Shown: positions 19,638 to 28,730 of the stretch, piece after piece
Numbering within the stretch: position 1 is the first letter of the stretch
Layout: every line of letters begins with the position of its first letter
NCBI GenBank assembly: GCA_963796455.1
Contig: CAWCLO010000004.1
Location: forward strand, 992,001 to 1,056,000
Source: Candidatus Sulfomarinibacteraceae bacterium
GTDB lineage: Bacteria > Acidobacteriota > Thermoanaerobaculia > Thermoanaerobaculales > Sulfomarinibacteraceae
Reading direction: 5' to 3'
DNA length: 64,000 nucleotides
Position numbers and translations under genes: made by a program
The notes under the pieces: generated by a model
Seen by the model: the letters and a program-made list of their open reading frames with translations, nothing else
Databases searched by the model: none
What the model was told of the DNA's origin: nothing

Positions 19638-22079
19638 ATGAGTCTCTTCCCGGTCGTCGACCGCTTGGTCATCCGCGAGGTCATTCCACCGACCATTCTC
19701 GGATTTATCATCTACACCTTCCTGGTGGTGATGCGCGGCATTTATGGTTTGATCGAACAGGTGCTCGTTCGCGGGGTTTCGGCACTCGACGCCGGCCGCG
19801 TGCTGCTTGCAACCCTTCCCCATATCGTTGTCCTGACAATCCCCATGAGCTTTTTGTTTGGAGTGCTCCTGGCCGTCGGACGAATGAATGCCGACAATGA
19901 ACTTGTGGCCCTGCAGGCTGGCGGTGTCCCGCTGCGGCGGCTCCTTCGCCCGATTCTAGTTCTCGGTTTGTTGTTCACCGCACTCAACGGATACCTCTAT
20001 CTCGAGGTTATTCCGCAATCGGCCCGCCAGCTTCGTGAACTCAAGGTCCGCCTGTTCGCCGGTGCCAGGAATCTCGGTCGCATCGAGCCCAAGGTATTTC
20101 ACGAAGAATTGCCCAACGTCTTGCTGTATCTGCGGGATGTGGACACCGAATCCGGTGAATGGACCCACGTGCTCTTTTACGACAGCAGTAACCCCAATGA
20201 GGAGCGTTTAACGCTGGCTCAGACCGGTCAGATGGTTACGGCCGGGTTGCCGGGGATGGTTGACGCGAACACGACCTCGACGGAATTACCCGAAATCGAG
20301 CAATGGATCAGGCTCAACGATGTGGTCACCCACCAGTTTTTCCGCGACGATCCGGAAACCTATCGAGTAAGCCGGAATCGATCCCAGTTGTTCAGACCGT
20401 CTCTGCAGAGCAGTGGGACCGTTCGATTCCAACTCAGTATGACCGAACGTGCGAGCATCCAGTTGTGGGATTTTGTACGCGGAAAGAGTGATCTACCCCT
20501 CGAAGAAGGTGCGGAACCATCTTCGGATGAAGAACTTGCAACAACCCGTCGCCTGGCGGGCGTCGAACTCAACCAGCGACTGGCAATCCCGTTTGCCAGT
20601 GCGGTTTTCGCCCTCCTGGCGTTGCCACTGGGTGTGGGTTCACGGTCGGGTGCCAGGGGACGCGGGTTCGTGGTTTCGGTCGGGGTCGTCCTGGTTTACT
20701 ACCTGATCAGCAACCAGGGAAAGATGTTGGCGATCGAGGGAAAGCTCCCGCCCTGGCTTGGTATCTGGTTGCCAAACATCATCTTGAGTGTGATCGCGGT
20801 TTATTTGATGACCAGAATGGGCCGCTGGCTCGGTGAGCGGGATAGTGGAGGATTCTTCATCTCTCGAGGCATCAAGTGGTTGCGTGATCGACGCAACCGA
20901 CGTGCTCAATCGACCGACTCGGCGGGTCGCCCTCTGACCGGAAGTGTGCCCCTCAACATCCAGCGCCGTCGCTATGCAACACGTTTTCCCGCTCTGTTCG
21001 ACCGCTATGTTGTCCGGCGGTTGATCCCTCCCCTGCTGCTGGTGCTCGGGAGCACCGTCGCTCTGTATATCTTGATCGATCTCACCGATCGCATCGAAAA
21101 CATGGCGAAAAACAACGTTTCTCCGGATGTGATCCTCGCCTACTACGCCAACCTGGTTCCGCAGGTCTTTCTCGATGTGACGCCCTTTGCGCTGATGATC
21201 TCGGTCCTGATCATGCTTGGTATTCTCGAACGCCAACAGGAGTTGACCGCGCTGAAAGCGGCCGGTATTTCGCTGTTCCGACTCGCGGTACCCATTCTTT
21301 TGTTGGCGGCGGTTTCGGCGGGAGGACTGTGGTTTCTCGGGGACATCGTGGTTCCCAATGCAAATCGTGAGGCGCAACGGTTGCGAGATGTGATCAACGG
21401 CCGGCAGACCACCCGCTCCTATCGTGCCAGCGACCGGCAGTGGCTGATGGCGCGCGACGAGTCGGCGCTTTACAACTTCCTCCGCTTTGACGAACCGACC
21501 ACGACCCTGATCCGCTTTTCGCTCTTCAAGATCGACGAGGACATGAATCTCCGTTTTCACCTTTTCACGCGACGGGCACAGTGGAACGGCGGCTTCTGGG
21601 TCGCCGATTCAGGGTGGTTTCGCCAGATATATCCGGACGGAACCGACGAGTTTCGCCGCATCACCTCACCGATGAGGCTCGATATCTCTGAAAATCCGCA
21701 GTATTTCGGACAGGAGTATCGGATGCCCGGGGAGATGTCCATTGGAGAGTTGGGCGCCTACATCAATGAGCTCAACGAATCCGGCTACAGTCCCTCGAAT
21801 CTGATCGTGCGCTGGCACCAGAAGCTCACCTATCCTCTATCGGCCTTTGTGATGGTCCTGTTGGCGCTCCCGTTTGGTCTCAACAATGGTGGACGCAGGG
21901 TCACCACGATGCAGGGAGTGGCCGTGGCACTGGGTTTGGGAATCGGCTATGTGATTCTGGTGGCACTTTTTGGAAAGCTCGGCGAGGTGAACATCTTGCC
22001 TCCGGTTCTCGGGGCCTGGGCGCCGTTTTTCCTTGCCATCTTGTTTGCGATCAACCGCCTGACCTCGCTGCGTACCTGA
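19638..22079 (+). CDS. Fused LptF-LptG LPS export permease
   Basis: Two tandem YjgP/YjgQ-type halves: DRLVIRE...DNELVALQAGG and DRYVVRR...QELTALKAAGIS...WAP. Confidence 0.9.
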   Translation: MSLFPVVDRLVIREVIPPTILGFIIYTFLVVMRGIYGLIEQVLVRGVSALDAGRVLLATLPHIVVLTIPMSFLFGVLLAVGRMNADNELVALQAGGVPLRRLLRPILVLGLLFTALNGYLYLEVIPQSARQLRELKVRLFAGARNLGRIEPKVFHEELPNVLLYLRDVDTESGEWTHVLFYDSSNPNEERLTLAQTGQMVTAGLPGMVDANTTSTELPEIEQWIRLNDVVTHQFFRDDPETYRVSRNRSQLFRPSLQSSGTVRFQLSMTERASIQLWDFVRGKSDLPLEEGAEPSSDEELATTRRLAGVELNQRLAIPFASAVFALLALPLGVGSRSGARGRGFVVSVGVVLVYYLISNQGKMLAIEGKLPPWLGIWLPNIILSVIAVYLMTRMGRWLGERDSGGFFISRGIKWLRDRRNRRAQSTDSAGRPLTGSVPLNIQRRRYATRFPALFDRYVVRRLIPPLLLVLGSTVALYILIDLTDRIENMAKNNVSPDVILAYYANLVPQVFLDVTPFALMISVLIMLGILERQQELTALKAAGISLFRLAVPILLLAAVSAGGLWFLGDIVVPNANREAQRLRDVINGRQTTRSYRASDRQWLMARDESALYNFLRFDEPTTTLIRFSLFKIDEDMNLRFHLFTRRAQWNGGFWVADSGWFRQIYPDGTDEFRRITSPMRLDISENPQYFGQEYRMPGEMSIGELGAYINELNESGYSPSNLIVRWHQKLTYPLSAFVMVLLALPFGLNNGGRRVTTMQGVAVALGLGIGYVILVALFGKLGEVNILPPVLGAWAPFFLAILFAINRLTSLRT

Positions 22080-22135
22080 GTCGCCGCGCAACTCTTTCAC
22101 CAGCCTGCGATCGATGTCGGCATGCCGACATCAGA

Positions 22136-23233
22136 TCAACGATTCGATGATCCAGCCAATGCATGGAACCGGCGCCGCAATGGGTGCAACTCGGTTTCGC
22201 GCTGCGACGGGTGGTTCCGATTGGTCAACAGGGTGAACACCGATTCCTGGTCCGGATCGATCCACAAAGACACACCGGTAAAACCGGTGTGGCCATAGGC
22301 TCGTTTGCCGAGCGCAGGTCCCGCCGAACATCCGGGAGATCCCGCCAACTGCCAGCCGAGGCTGCGCTCTTGTTCAAGACCAACCGTCCTCGGTGCTGTC
22401 CAGCCCTCGACCTCGCTGCTGCTGAGGACTTTACGGTTGGGACCGATCCACTCCCTGGCAAGGGCAAAAACCCCGCCGATCGACCCAAAGAGCCCGGCGT
22501 TACCGGAGACCCCGCCGAGAAACCGGGCGTTGCCGTCATCGGGAAGACCCGGCCCGGGTGGTGGAATCAGTGCCGGATCACAGCCCATTTCGAGGACCAT
22601 TCGGTGTTCCACCACGGACCGGAGGGCGCCACCGGCCAATCGCGGATCACCCGGATCCGGTCGGTAGCCGATTTCCTCGGCGATCCCCAGAGGACTCGCG
22701 ACCTCGCGGCGAAACAACACATCCAGACTCTGATCGGAAACCCTTTCCAGGATCTTGCCGAGGAGCACAAAGCCGAGACAGGAATACACGACCTGGGCGC
22801 CGGGCGGTGCCACTTGAATCGACCTCAATGCGGAGAACAGCCTTTCCGGATCACCGTTGGCGACACAATAGAGAGGTAACCAAGCCGGTAAGCCCCCGGT
22901 GTGGTTGAGGAGGTTGTGGATCCGGATATCGCCGGCCGTTGTGTCACCGAGCTCCACCAGAATGTCCCCGACCGGGGTATCGAGGCCTATGGCTCCCTGG
23001 CGGACGGCGACAACGCTCAGGGTGGTGATGGCCAGCGGTTTGGTCAGGGAGGCGAGATCAAAAATGGTCCGATGGTCAGCCTCGACCCGATTCGGCTGCA
23101 GCCGAGCGGAACCGACCACGACAGGGTTTGCAGCGAAAGCACGCCTCCCCCACTGTGCGGCGGCGGACGGGGCGAGGCCCGCCCTCAGCGCCCGTTCGCA
23201 CAGCAATCGGATCTGATCCGAGCTCTCAACCAT
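22136..23233 (-). CDS. Serine hydrolase, beta-lactamase-related family
   Basis: Motifs FDLASLTK (SxxK), [20 protein letters not shown] and GHTGFTG. Start placed at ATG 23233. Confidence 0.88.
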   Translation of the reverse strand: MVESSDQIRLLCERALRAGLAPSAAAQWGRRAFAANPVVVGSARLQPNRVEADHRTIFDLASLTKPLAITTLSVVAVRQGAIGLDTPVGDILVELGDTTAGDIRIHNLLNHTGGLPAWLPLYCVANGDPERLFSALRSIQVAPPGAQVVYSCLGFVLLGKILERVSDQSLDVLFRREVASPLGIAEEIGYRPDPGDPRLAGGALRSVVEHRMVLEMGCDPALIPPPGPGLPDDGNARFLGGVSGNAGLFGSIGGVFALAREWIGPNRKVLSSSEVEGWTAPRTVGLEQERSLGWQLAGSPGCSAGPALGKRAYGHTGFTGVSLWIDPDQESVFTLLTNRNHPSQRETELHPLRRRFHALAGSSNR

Positions 23234-23624
23234 CGGCGCTGGATCCAGTCTTGACGATCTGCACCGGTCGAAGTTCGTCGTCAACGTTGACGTATGTGAT
23301 CTCGGCAACCGTGACCCGGACTTCCTCGGCACGATCCCAATGGCGGGCGGCGGTCACCTTCACGCCGACCGTTATGGAGGTACGGCCGATCTTGAGCAAA
23401 TTGGTATAAAAGGAGACCAGGTCACCAACGAAGACCGGTTCGTGAAATATGACCTCTTGCATCGCCACCGTCACGACCCGAGTCGCACCGTGACACTGAG
23501 CTTCCTCGGCTCCCGCCTGATCCATATAGGAGAGAATGACCCCACCAAAGATCGTTCCGCCCGGATTGGTGTCGCGGGGCATCATCAACACGCGTGTCTT
23601 TGGTTGCAGTCGGCTGTCTTCCAT
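23226..23624 (-). CDS. Acyl-CoA thioesterase (YciA-like hotdog fold)
   Basis: Motifs [33 protein letters not shown] and GRTSI. Confidence 0.92.
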   Translation of the reverse strand: MEDSRLQPKTRVLMMPRDTNPGGTIFGGVILSYMDQAGAEEAQCHGATRVVTVAMQEVIFHEPVFVGDLVSFYTNLLKIGRTSITVGVKVTAARHWDRAEEVRVTVAEITYVNVDDELRPVQIVKTGSSADG

Positions 23625-23691
23625 GAGAACTCCGTCGGCGCTTGTGGTGTCGAGTCGATCGATGGTCGTCTATCGAGAGGACCTTCTTGAA

Positions 23692-23720
23692 GATACTAGA
23701 TACTGGATCCTCGATGCTGG
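23692..23720 (+). repeat. Degenerate heptamer tandem repeat (GAT[AGC]CTN)x4
   Basis: GATACTA GATACTG GATCCTC GATGCTG. The same family occurs at 25858-25895 and 26293-26311. Confidence 0.65.
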
Positions 23721-23865
23721 TTTCTTGAGAGATCAGATCGTTTCGAACACCCGCAATGAACGGTACGAGATCAATTCAAAGGCGCAATCAATAATTCACA
23801 GATATTTGCAGAAATTGCACTAAGTCGTTTATTGTCAATAATTTAAAGAAAATTTTTGTGAAACT

Positions 23866-24450
23866 TTGACTCCCCCGCCCCGGGCCGTCCATACTCGCGT
23901 CATGAGCTGGCTTCCCGAAATGGCCCACAAATACCCACCTCGGGTCTATCGTCTCGAATATCGGGTTTCGGTCTCGGCGATACCTCTGGACCCCGGACGC
24001 GTGATCGACGAAGTGCTCCACACGAGATCTCTCGAGGGCGAAGGCGGTCTCTCCGGTGGCTGGACGGTTGAGTTTCCCATGGCGACGCGGGTCTACGGTC
24101 TGATACCCCGCGAAATCGACGAGGTGGTCACGCTCCAATTGCATCAGCGGCCGGAAAACTGGGCGCTCGTGCTGGAATGCCATCCGACTGAAATGCACAA
24201 TGCCCATGCCACCGGGCTGGCCGGTGTGCTGGCAGTTGCAGCAGTTGTCTGGTTTGCGGGCGGTCTGGCGGCGGGTTTTCTCGGCGCGCTGACAACCGTC
24301 ATCGCCGGTTCTCTGCTCGTCGAGGTGACCAGGCACTGGGCGATCGAGGCCCAGGAACGGAAGCTCCGGTTGCTTCTCGACGAAATCGGATCGGCGCTCT
24401 GGCCAAAACCCAGCGCTCGGATCACAAGTTCTTTTGAAGTCGTCAGTTGA
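23866..24450 (+). CDS. Hypothetical membrane protein
   Basis: Fills the gap between genes and has two hydrophobic segments near the C-terminus. Start is uncertain. Confidence 0.55.
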   Translation: MTPPPRAVHTRVMSWLPEMAHKYPPRVYRLEYRVSVSAIPLDPGRVIDEVLHTRSLEGEGGLSGGWTVEFPMATRVYGLIPREIDEVVTLQLHQRPENWALVLECHPTEMHNAHATGLAGVLAVAAVVWFAGGLAAGFLGALTTVIAGSLLVEVTRHWAIEAQERKLRLLLDEIGSALWPKPSARITSSFEVVS

Positions 24451-25003
24451 CGCCGGTGGTTTCGTCTTTGAGCATCTCTTCCGGATCCGGGAGATCCTCG
24501 GCTCTCTCGAGCCCGAAGTGGACGAGAAACTCCTTGGATGTCCGGTAGAGAAACGGTTTGCCGACAACCTTTTTGCGACCGGCCATCCGCAAAAGCTTGC
24601 GTTCGATCAAGGTGCGAACAACGCTTGCCGAATTGGCGCCACGAATAAAGTTGACTTCCGGCAGTGTCACCGGTTGCCGATGGGCGACAACTGCGAGCAC
24701 TTCCAGAGCTGCCTGCGAAAGCCGCTGACGAGAGACAATCCCGTGAAAGGCACGCAAATAGACGTCGAGGCCGGGAGGGGTCACGCAACGCCAGCCATCA
24801 GCCACCTTTTCCAGTCGGAGACCGCTGTCAGGACGATCCCACGAGTCCTTGATCTCTTCGAGAACAGTCTTGATCTCGCTGGTTTCGGCCTGTTTCTCGC
24901 CGATGGCCTCCATCAGCGCGGTCATCGGCACCGGCCTGGATGCCGTGACAATTACCGACTCGATCACTGCCCTGAGTTCATCTTTATCCAATACCCGCTC
25001 CAT
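24443..25003 (-). CDS. scpB: SMC-Scp complex subunit ScpB
   Basis: Motifs LSQAALEVLAVVAHRQPVT, IRGANS, GKPFLYRTSKEFLVHFGL and DLP. Confidence 0.94.
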   Translation of the reverse strand: MERVLDKDELRAVIESVIVTASRPVPMTALMEAIGEKQAETSEIKTVLEEIKDSWDRPDSGLRLEKVADGWRCVTPPGLDVYLRAFHGIVSRQRLSQAALEVLAVVAHRQPVTLPEVNFIRGANSASVVRTLIERKLLRMAGRKKVVGKPFLYRTSKEFLVHFGLERAEDLPDPEEMLKDETTGVN

Positions 25004-25763
25004 TGCGTTTCAGTTCGTCGATGTCGAGAGGACAATCGCCGGGACGTAAATAGATCTCTGCAAAGGCGCGTTCCTGCTCGGCAAAGATGCCGCGCATCCG
25101 CACCAATTCGAGGGTTGCCACCATCGCGGCGACGATTTCCTCCGGGTCCGACCGCGAATTCAGATGACGGAGAAGGGGCATCAACCCATCAGTTTTCACC
25201 CGTTCGTAGATGTCGGACATCTTCTGCTCGATGCTGTAGCGCAGCGGCATGACCTCGATCGGAGGCGGGTGTGATGCCGCAAAACGCTGCATGACATCGA
25301 GATAGGTTTCAGCCAGGACCTGGAGATCAATGTCTTCCCAATCGAGTTCGGTTTCCTGGTTGGTGCCGATGCCCGATGGAACATCGGCAGCCCAGACGCA
25401 GCGGCGGATGATGTCGGCATCGTGAAGATAGGATGCCAGTTCCTTGACCCTTCGATAGGCCAGCAGGCGCTCGACGAGTTCTTCGCGGGGATCCTCTTCG
25501 CCTTCGCTCACCGATGGCAACAGCATCTTTGATTTGAGGTGGAGCAGCCACGAGGCCATCCACAAGAAATCTCCCGCCCCATCCAGATCGAGTTCCTGCA
25601 GATCCTGGAGGTGGGCGTGGTACTGGTCGCAGATGCTGACGATCGGGATGTCGTAGATCGACACCTCGTTCTTCTTGATCAGGTGGAGCAGCAGATCGAG
25701 AGGTCCGCTGAACACACCCAACTCAACATCCGGCCCCAGGGGTTCTTCGTCAATTCGCGCCAT
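24984..25763 (-). CDS. scpA: SMC-Scp complex kleisin subunit ScpA
   Basis: Motifs FSGPLDLLLHLI, IYDIPI, LKSKMLLP, DPREELVERL and LELVR. Confidence 0.94.
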   Translation of the reverse strand: MARIDEEPLGPDVELGVFSGPLDLLLHLIKKNEVSIYDIPIVSICDQYHAHLQDLQELDLDGAGDFLWMASWLLHLKSKMLLPSVSEGEEDPREELVERLLAYRRVKELASYLHDADIIRRCVWAADVPSGIGTNQETELDWEDIDLQVLAETYLDVMQRFAASHPPPIEVMPLRYSIEQKMSDIYERVKTDGLMPLLRHLNSRSDPEEIVAAMVATLELVRMRGIFAEQERAFAEIYLRPGDCPLDIDELKRNGAGIG

Positions 25764-25805
25764 GGCGGGGGATTATACAGGGATCCCTCTCCTTCCGTTC
25801 CCGAA

Positions 25806-25895
25806 ATGGGGAAAGGGAGAAAGGGAGAAGGGGGGAAAGGGAGAACGACCGCCACACGATACTCGATGCTCGATACTCGATACTGGATGCTTGAT
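25806..25895 (+). repeat. Octamer (AAAGGGAG-like) and heptamer (GATACTC-like) tandem repeats
   Basis: GGGAAAGGGAGAAAGGGAGAAGGGGGGAAAGGGAGAA followed by GATACTCGATGCTCGATACTCGATACTGGATGCTTGAT. Confidence 0.75.
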
Positions 25896-26098
25896 TTTAG
25901 ATCACAGCTATCCAAAATAAATCGTCATTTGAAGTTTTGCACCTGACAGCACCTGGTTTACGGGGTGGTTTTTGCCATATCCAGTTTGCGGTTTCCCCGC
26001 GTCCGCGTCCGCGTCCGTGCCCGAATTGCAGCGGCAGCGGTCAGGAGTCCAGGCGACGCAGTGGCCACCTCCGGGTCTTTCAACATAAGGAACAGCCG

Positions 26099-26153
26099 TT
26101 GTGGTGTAGGTGTCTCGCCTGCACACTGTGCGGCCGAGACGGCCGCACCACAA
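26099..26153. repeat. REP-like inverted doublet (GTGG-type)
   Basis: TTGTGGTGTAGGTGTCTCGCCTGCAC ... GTGCGGCCGAGACGGCCGCACCACAA. Related units lie at 55610-55661 and ~62474-62526. Confidence 0.65.
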
Positions 26154-26455
26154 GGGCCGGAGCCCGAAGAAGTGAGTGCTGTTCGTTGTCCCGGCCGCTG
26201 ATTACTGACGCTGATGACTGCTTGCTGACGCTGTCGACCGTTCTCTGCCGCTGTCCCTGCACGCTATCAGAGACTCTGTCTTGGACAAGAGTGATGCTGG
26301 ATTCTGGATACCGAATCAGGTTGGCAGAGAGACGCAAGCGGACGGAGGAGCAGAGGGGGCCGTCGCTATCGCTATCGAATGGCCGCTGTGGATACCGTTG
26401 CTGAAAGGGAGACCGCTCGGCACCGATTCCCCACGCATGCGAATGCCGCCACCCG

Positions 26456-26577
26456 ATGTCATCCTGAGCGCAGCCCCGCAGGGGGCGCAGTCGAAGGATC
26501 TATGAGATGGATCGCAATAACCTCGGACCGCAGATCCTTCGACTCCGCGCCAAAGGCGCTTCGCTCAGGATGACATC
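26456..26577. repeat. Palindromic intergenic element (GTCATCCTGAGCG...GAAGGATCT family)
   Basis: GATGTCATCCTGAGCG...GTCGAAGGATCT pairs with AGATCCTTCGAC...CGCTCAGGATGACATC, and each arm has an internal GC hairpin. Confidence 0.8.
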
Positions 26578-26676
26578 TTGAAGGCCCATTCCCAAAATGG
26601 CGGAAGGTACCGAGCCGGAGGCGCGGGGGAGAAAGGGAGAACCGTACAGGTGAGGTCGTTCGTGATAAGGGCGGTG

Positions 26677-26755
26677 TCTCCCCTTCTCCCCTTCTCCCCT
26701 TCTCCCCTTCTCCCCTTCTCCCCTTCTCCCCTTCTCCCCTTCTCCCCTTCTCCCT
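26677..26755 (+). repeat. Perfect octamer tandem repeat (TCTCCCCT)x9 plus a partial unit
   Basis: Counted directly. It is complementary to the purine tracts at 25806-25845 and 26625-26641. Confidence 0.9.
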
Positions 26756-26846
26756 GTTACAATCCCGCGCGAGCAAACCAGGGGAGGCAGGAATTGGAAC
26801 ACTGGGACGGCCAAATGGGCTTTTCGACCCCAACCCGCAACGCGAG

Positions 26847-27389
26847 GTGCCGCGGGACCAGAAGGTGGTGGTTTTCGATCTCGAGACCCAGCGGTCATTT
26901 GCCGAAGTCGGCGGCCGCAGCCAGTTTCACAAGCTCGGTGTTTCGGTCGGCGTCGCCTATCGATATGAACCGACGAATACCTGGTGGTCAAAGAGGATGA
27001 GATCGATCAGCTCATCACCTGGCTGCGCGAGGCCGATCTGGTGGTCGGCTACAACATCATCGGATTCGACTACGAGGTGCTCAGGGCCTATACCGACCAG
27101 GATCTCCAGAAGCTCCCGACCTTCGATTTGATGTACGACCTCGAGGAACGCCTCGGGTTTCCGACCAAAGCTCGACAGCGTCGCCTCGGCGACGCTGGGC
27201 ACCGGCAAATCGGCTGACGGGATGCAGGCGCTCGAGTGGTGGCGATTGGGTGAGGTGGACAAAATCATCGAATACTGCCGCGAGGACGTCAAGGTCACCA
27301 AGGACCTCTACGACTACGGCAAACGCAACCGCTGTGTCATGGTCTCGCGCTTTGGCGGCAAGCCCCGCAAGGTCGAAGTGAAATGGTGA
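26847..27389 (+). CDS. Ribonuclease H-like (DEDD, YprB-like) protein, frameshifted
   Basis: Motifs VVFDLETQ, VVGYNIIGFDYEVL, TFDLM, KLDSVASATLG and YCREDV across three frames. Confidence 0.8.
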
Positions 27390-27404
27390 GTTGACCGGCT
27401 GTTT

Positions 27405-28730
27405 TCAGCGCAGGTATTCGAGGCACCTTTTCGCCATCAAGCTGCGAGACGGCAGGCCGATCCGGGCGAGAAGCCCGGCAGTTGGTTCGGGGTGTGATCC
27501 CAAGCCCGAAAGGACCGCCCGGAATTCGCGGGCCGCACGTTGTTTCTTTCCAACCTTGGCAAGGGCCTCTGCCAACAAAAAGCGGACCTCATCCATATCA
27601 GGCTCGAGATAAAGCGCCGCCCGATAGGCCTCGAGAGCGGCATCCATATCTCCGGTGCGTTCCCTTGCGATGCCCTCGAGGAGGTGGGTCAAAGCGTTTT
27701 CCGGAAAATCGTGGCGGATCGCATCGATGTGATCGATGGCCTCATCGAGTTTCGTACCGGCCTCCAAGACGGCCACGACCCTTTCGATCCTCCCGTCAAA
27801 ACCGGTTACTGAACCTGCTTCCGGGTTTGGAGCCGGACCCTTGACACGAATGATTGCCGGTTCGACGATCGCGCCACCATCCTCGAGCCCATTGCCTGCT
27901 TTGTCTGTCTCGGAGGCGGGAAAGGATTTGTGGCGGTACGCAAAGCAGGTTCCAAGGTCGTGGGCCCGAAGGTCGCAATCGAGATGGAGCAGGCTTTCGC
28001 TTGGACCGAGAAACAGGGAGCCGTCGCCCGCCAACGCGCGCGCGGCCGCCGCCACGACCTGTTTCTGGAGGGCCGGTCGGAAATATATCAATACATTGCG
28101 CAGGAAAACGATGTCGAAGGATCCAGGTGCCACATCGAGTTCAGGCTGGACGAGATTGAGATGGCGATAGGTGATGCGCCGCCGGAGTTCGGGGCGAAGC
28201 TCGAAACGATCTCCGACGGTGGCAAAATAGAGATCGAAGAGCTCGCTCGGCACCCTGGCGACCGCGCGGCGGCTGTAGAGCCCGCGACGGGCCTCCTCCA
28301 GTGCGTGGCCATCTACATCGGTGGCGAGAACATTCCAGTCCCAGCCCTTGAGCCCCGGGTGCTGATCGAGCACGATCGCAAGCGTGACAGCCTCCTCTCC
28401 GTGGGCACAGCCGGCGGACCAGACCCTCAACACGGTATTGCCTCGGCGTGTCGCCAAATCCTTGATGACCACATCTCTCAAAACATCGAGCTGAGCCTGT
28501 CCGCGGAAAAGATATGACTCTTTGATGGTGATGCGGTTGAGCAGGATTCTCCACTCATCGGAATCGGGATGTCGGCGCAGATAACTCACGTAGTCATCGA
28601 GGCTGCTGTGGCCGCCGATGGAGGCCCTCTCCCGGGCAAAGGCCTGCAATGCACCGAGATAACGATCGCGGATCACGAACCCAGTCGAAGACTCAATCAA
28701 TCGGGCGAGCCTTCGAGTCGATGGGCTCAT
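27405..28730 (-). CDS. cheR: CheR methyltransferase with C-terminal TPR
   Basis: Motifs TIKESYLFR, VWSAGCAHGEE, ATDVD, FDIVFLRNVLIYF and LGPSES, then TPR motif YRAALYLEPD. Confidence 0.9.
   Translation of the reverse strand: MSPSTRRLARLIESSTGFVIRDRYLGALQAFARERASIGGHSSLDDYVSYLRRHPDSDEWRILLNRITIKESYLFRGQAQLDVLRDVVIKDLATRRGNTVLRVWSAGCAHGEEAVTLAIVLDQHPGLKGWDWNVLATDVDGHALEEARRGLYSRRAVARVPSELFDLYFATVGDRFELRPELRRRITYRHLNLVQPELDVAPGSFDIVFLRNVLIYFRPALQKQVVAAAARALAGDGSLFLGPSESLLHLDCDLRAHDLGTCFAYRHKSFPASETDKAGNGLEDGGAIVEPAIIRVKGPAPNPEAGSVTGFDGRIERVVAVLEAGTKLDEAIDHIDAIRHDFPENALTHLLEGIARERTGDMDAALEAYRAALYLEPDMDEVRFLLAEALAKVGKKQRAAREFRAVLSGLGSHPEPTAGLLARIGLPSRSLMAKRCLEYLR

Noticed and set aside
25806..26755. 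CRISPR array
   Set aside because: The repeats are 6-9 nt tandem units without unique spacers, and there are no cas genes.
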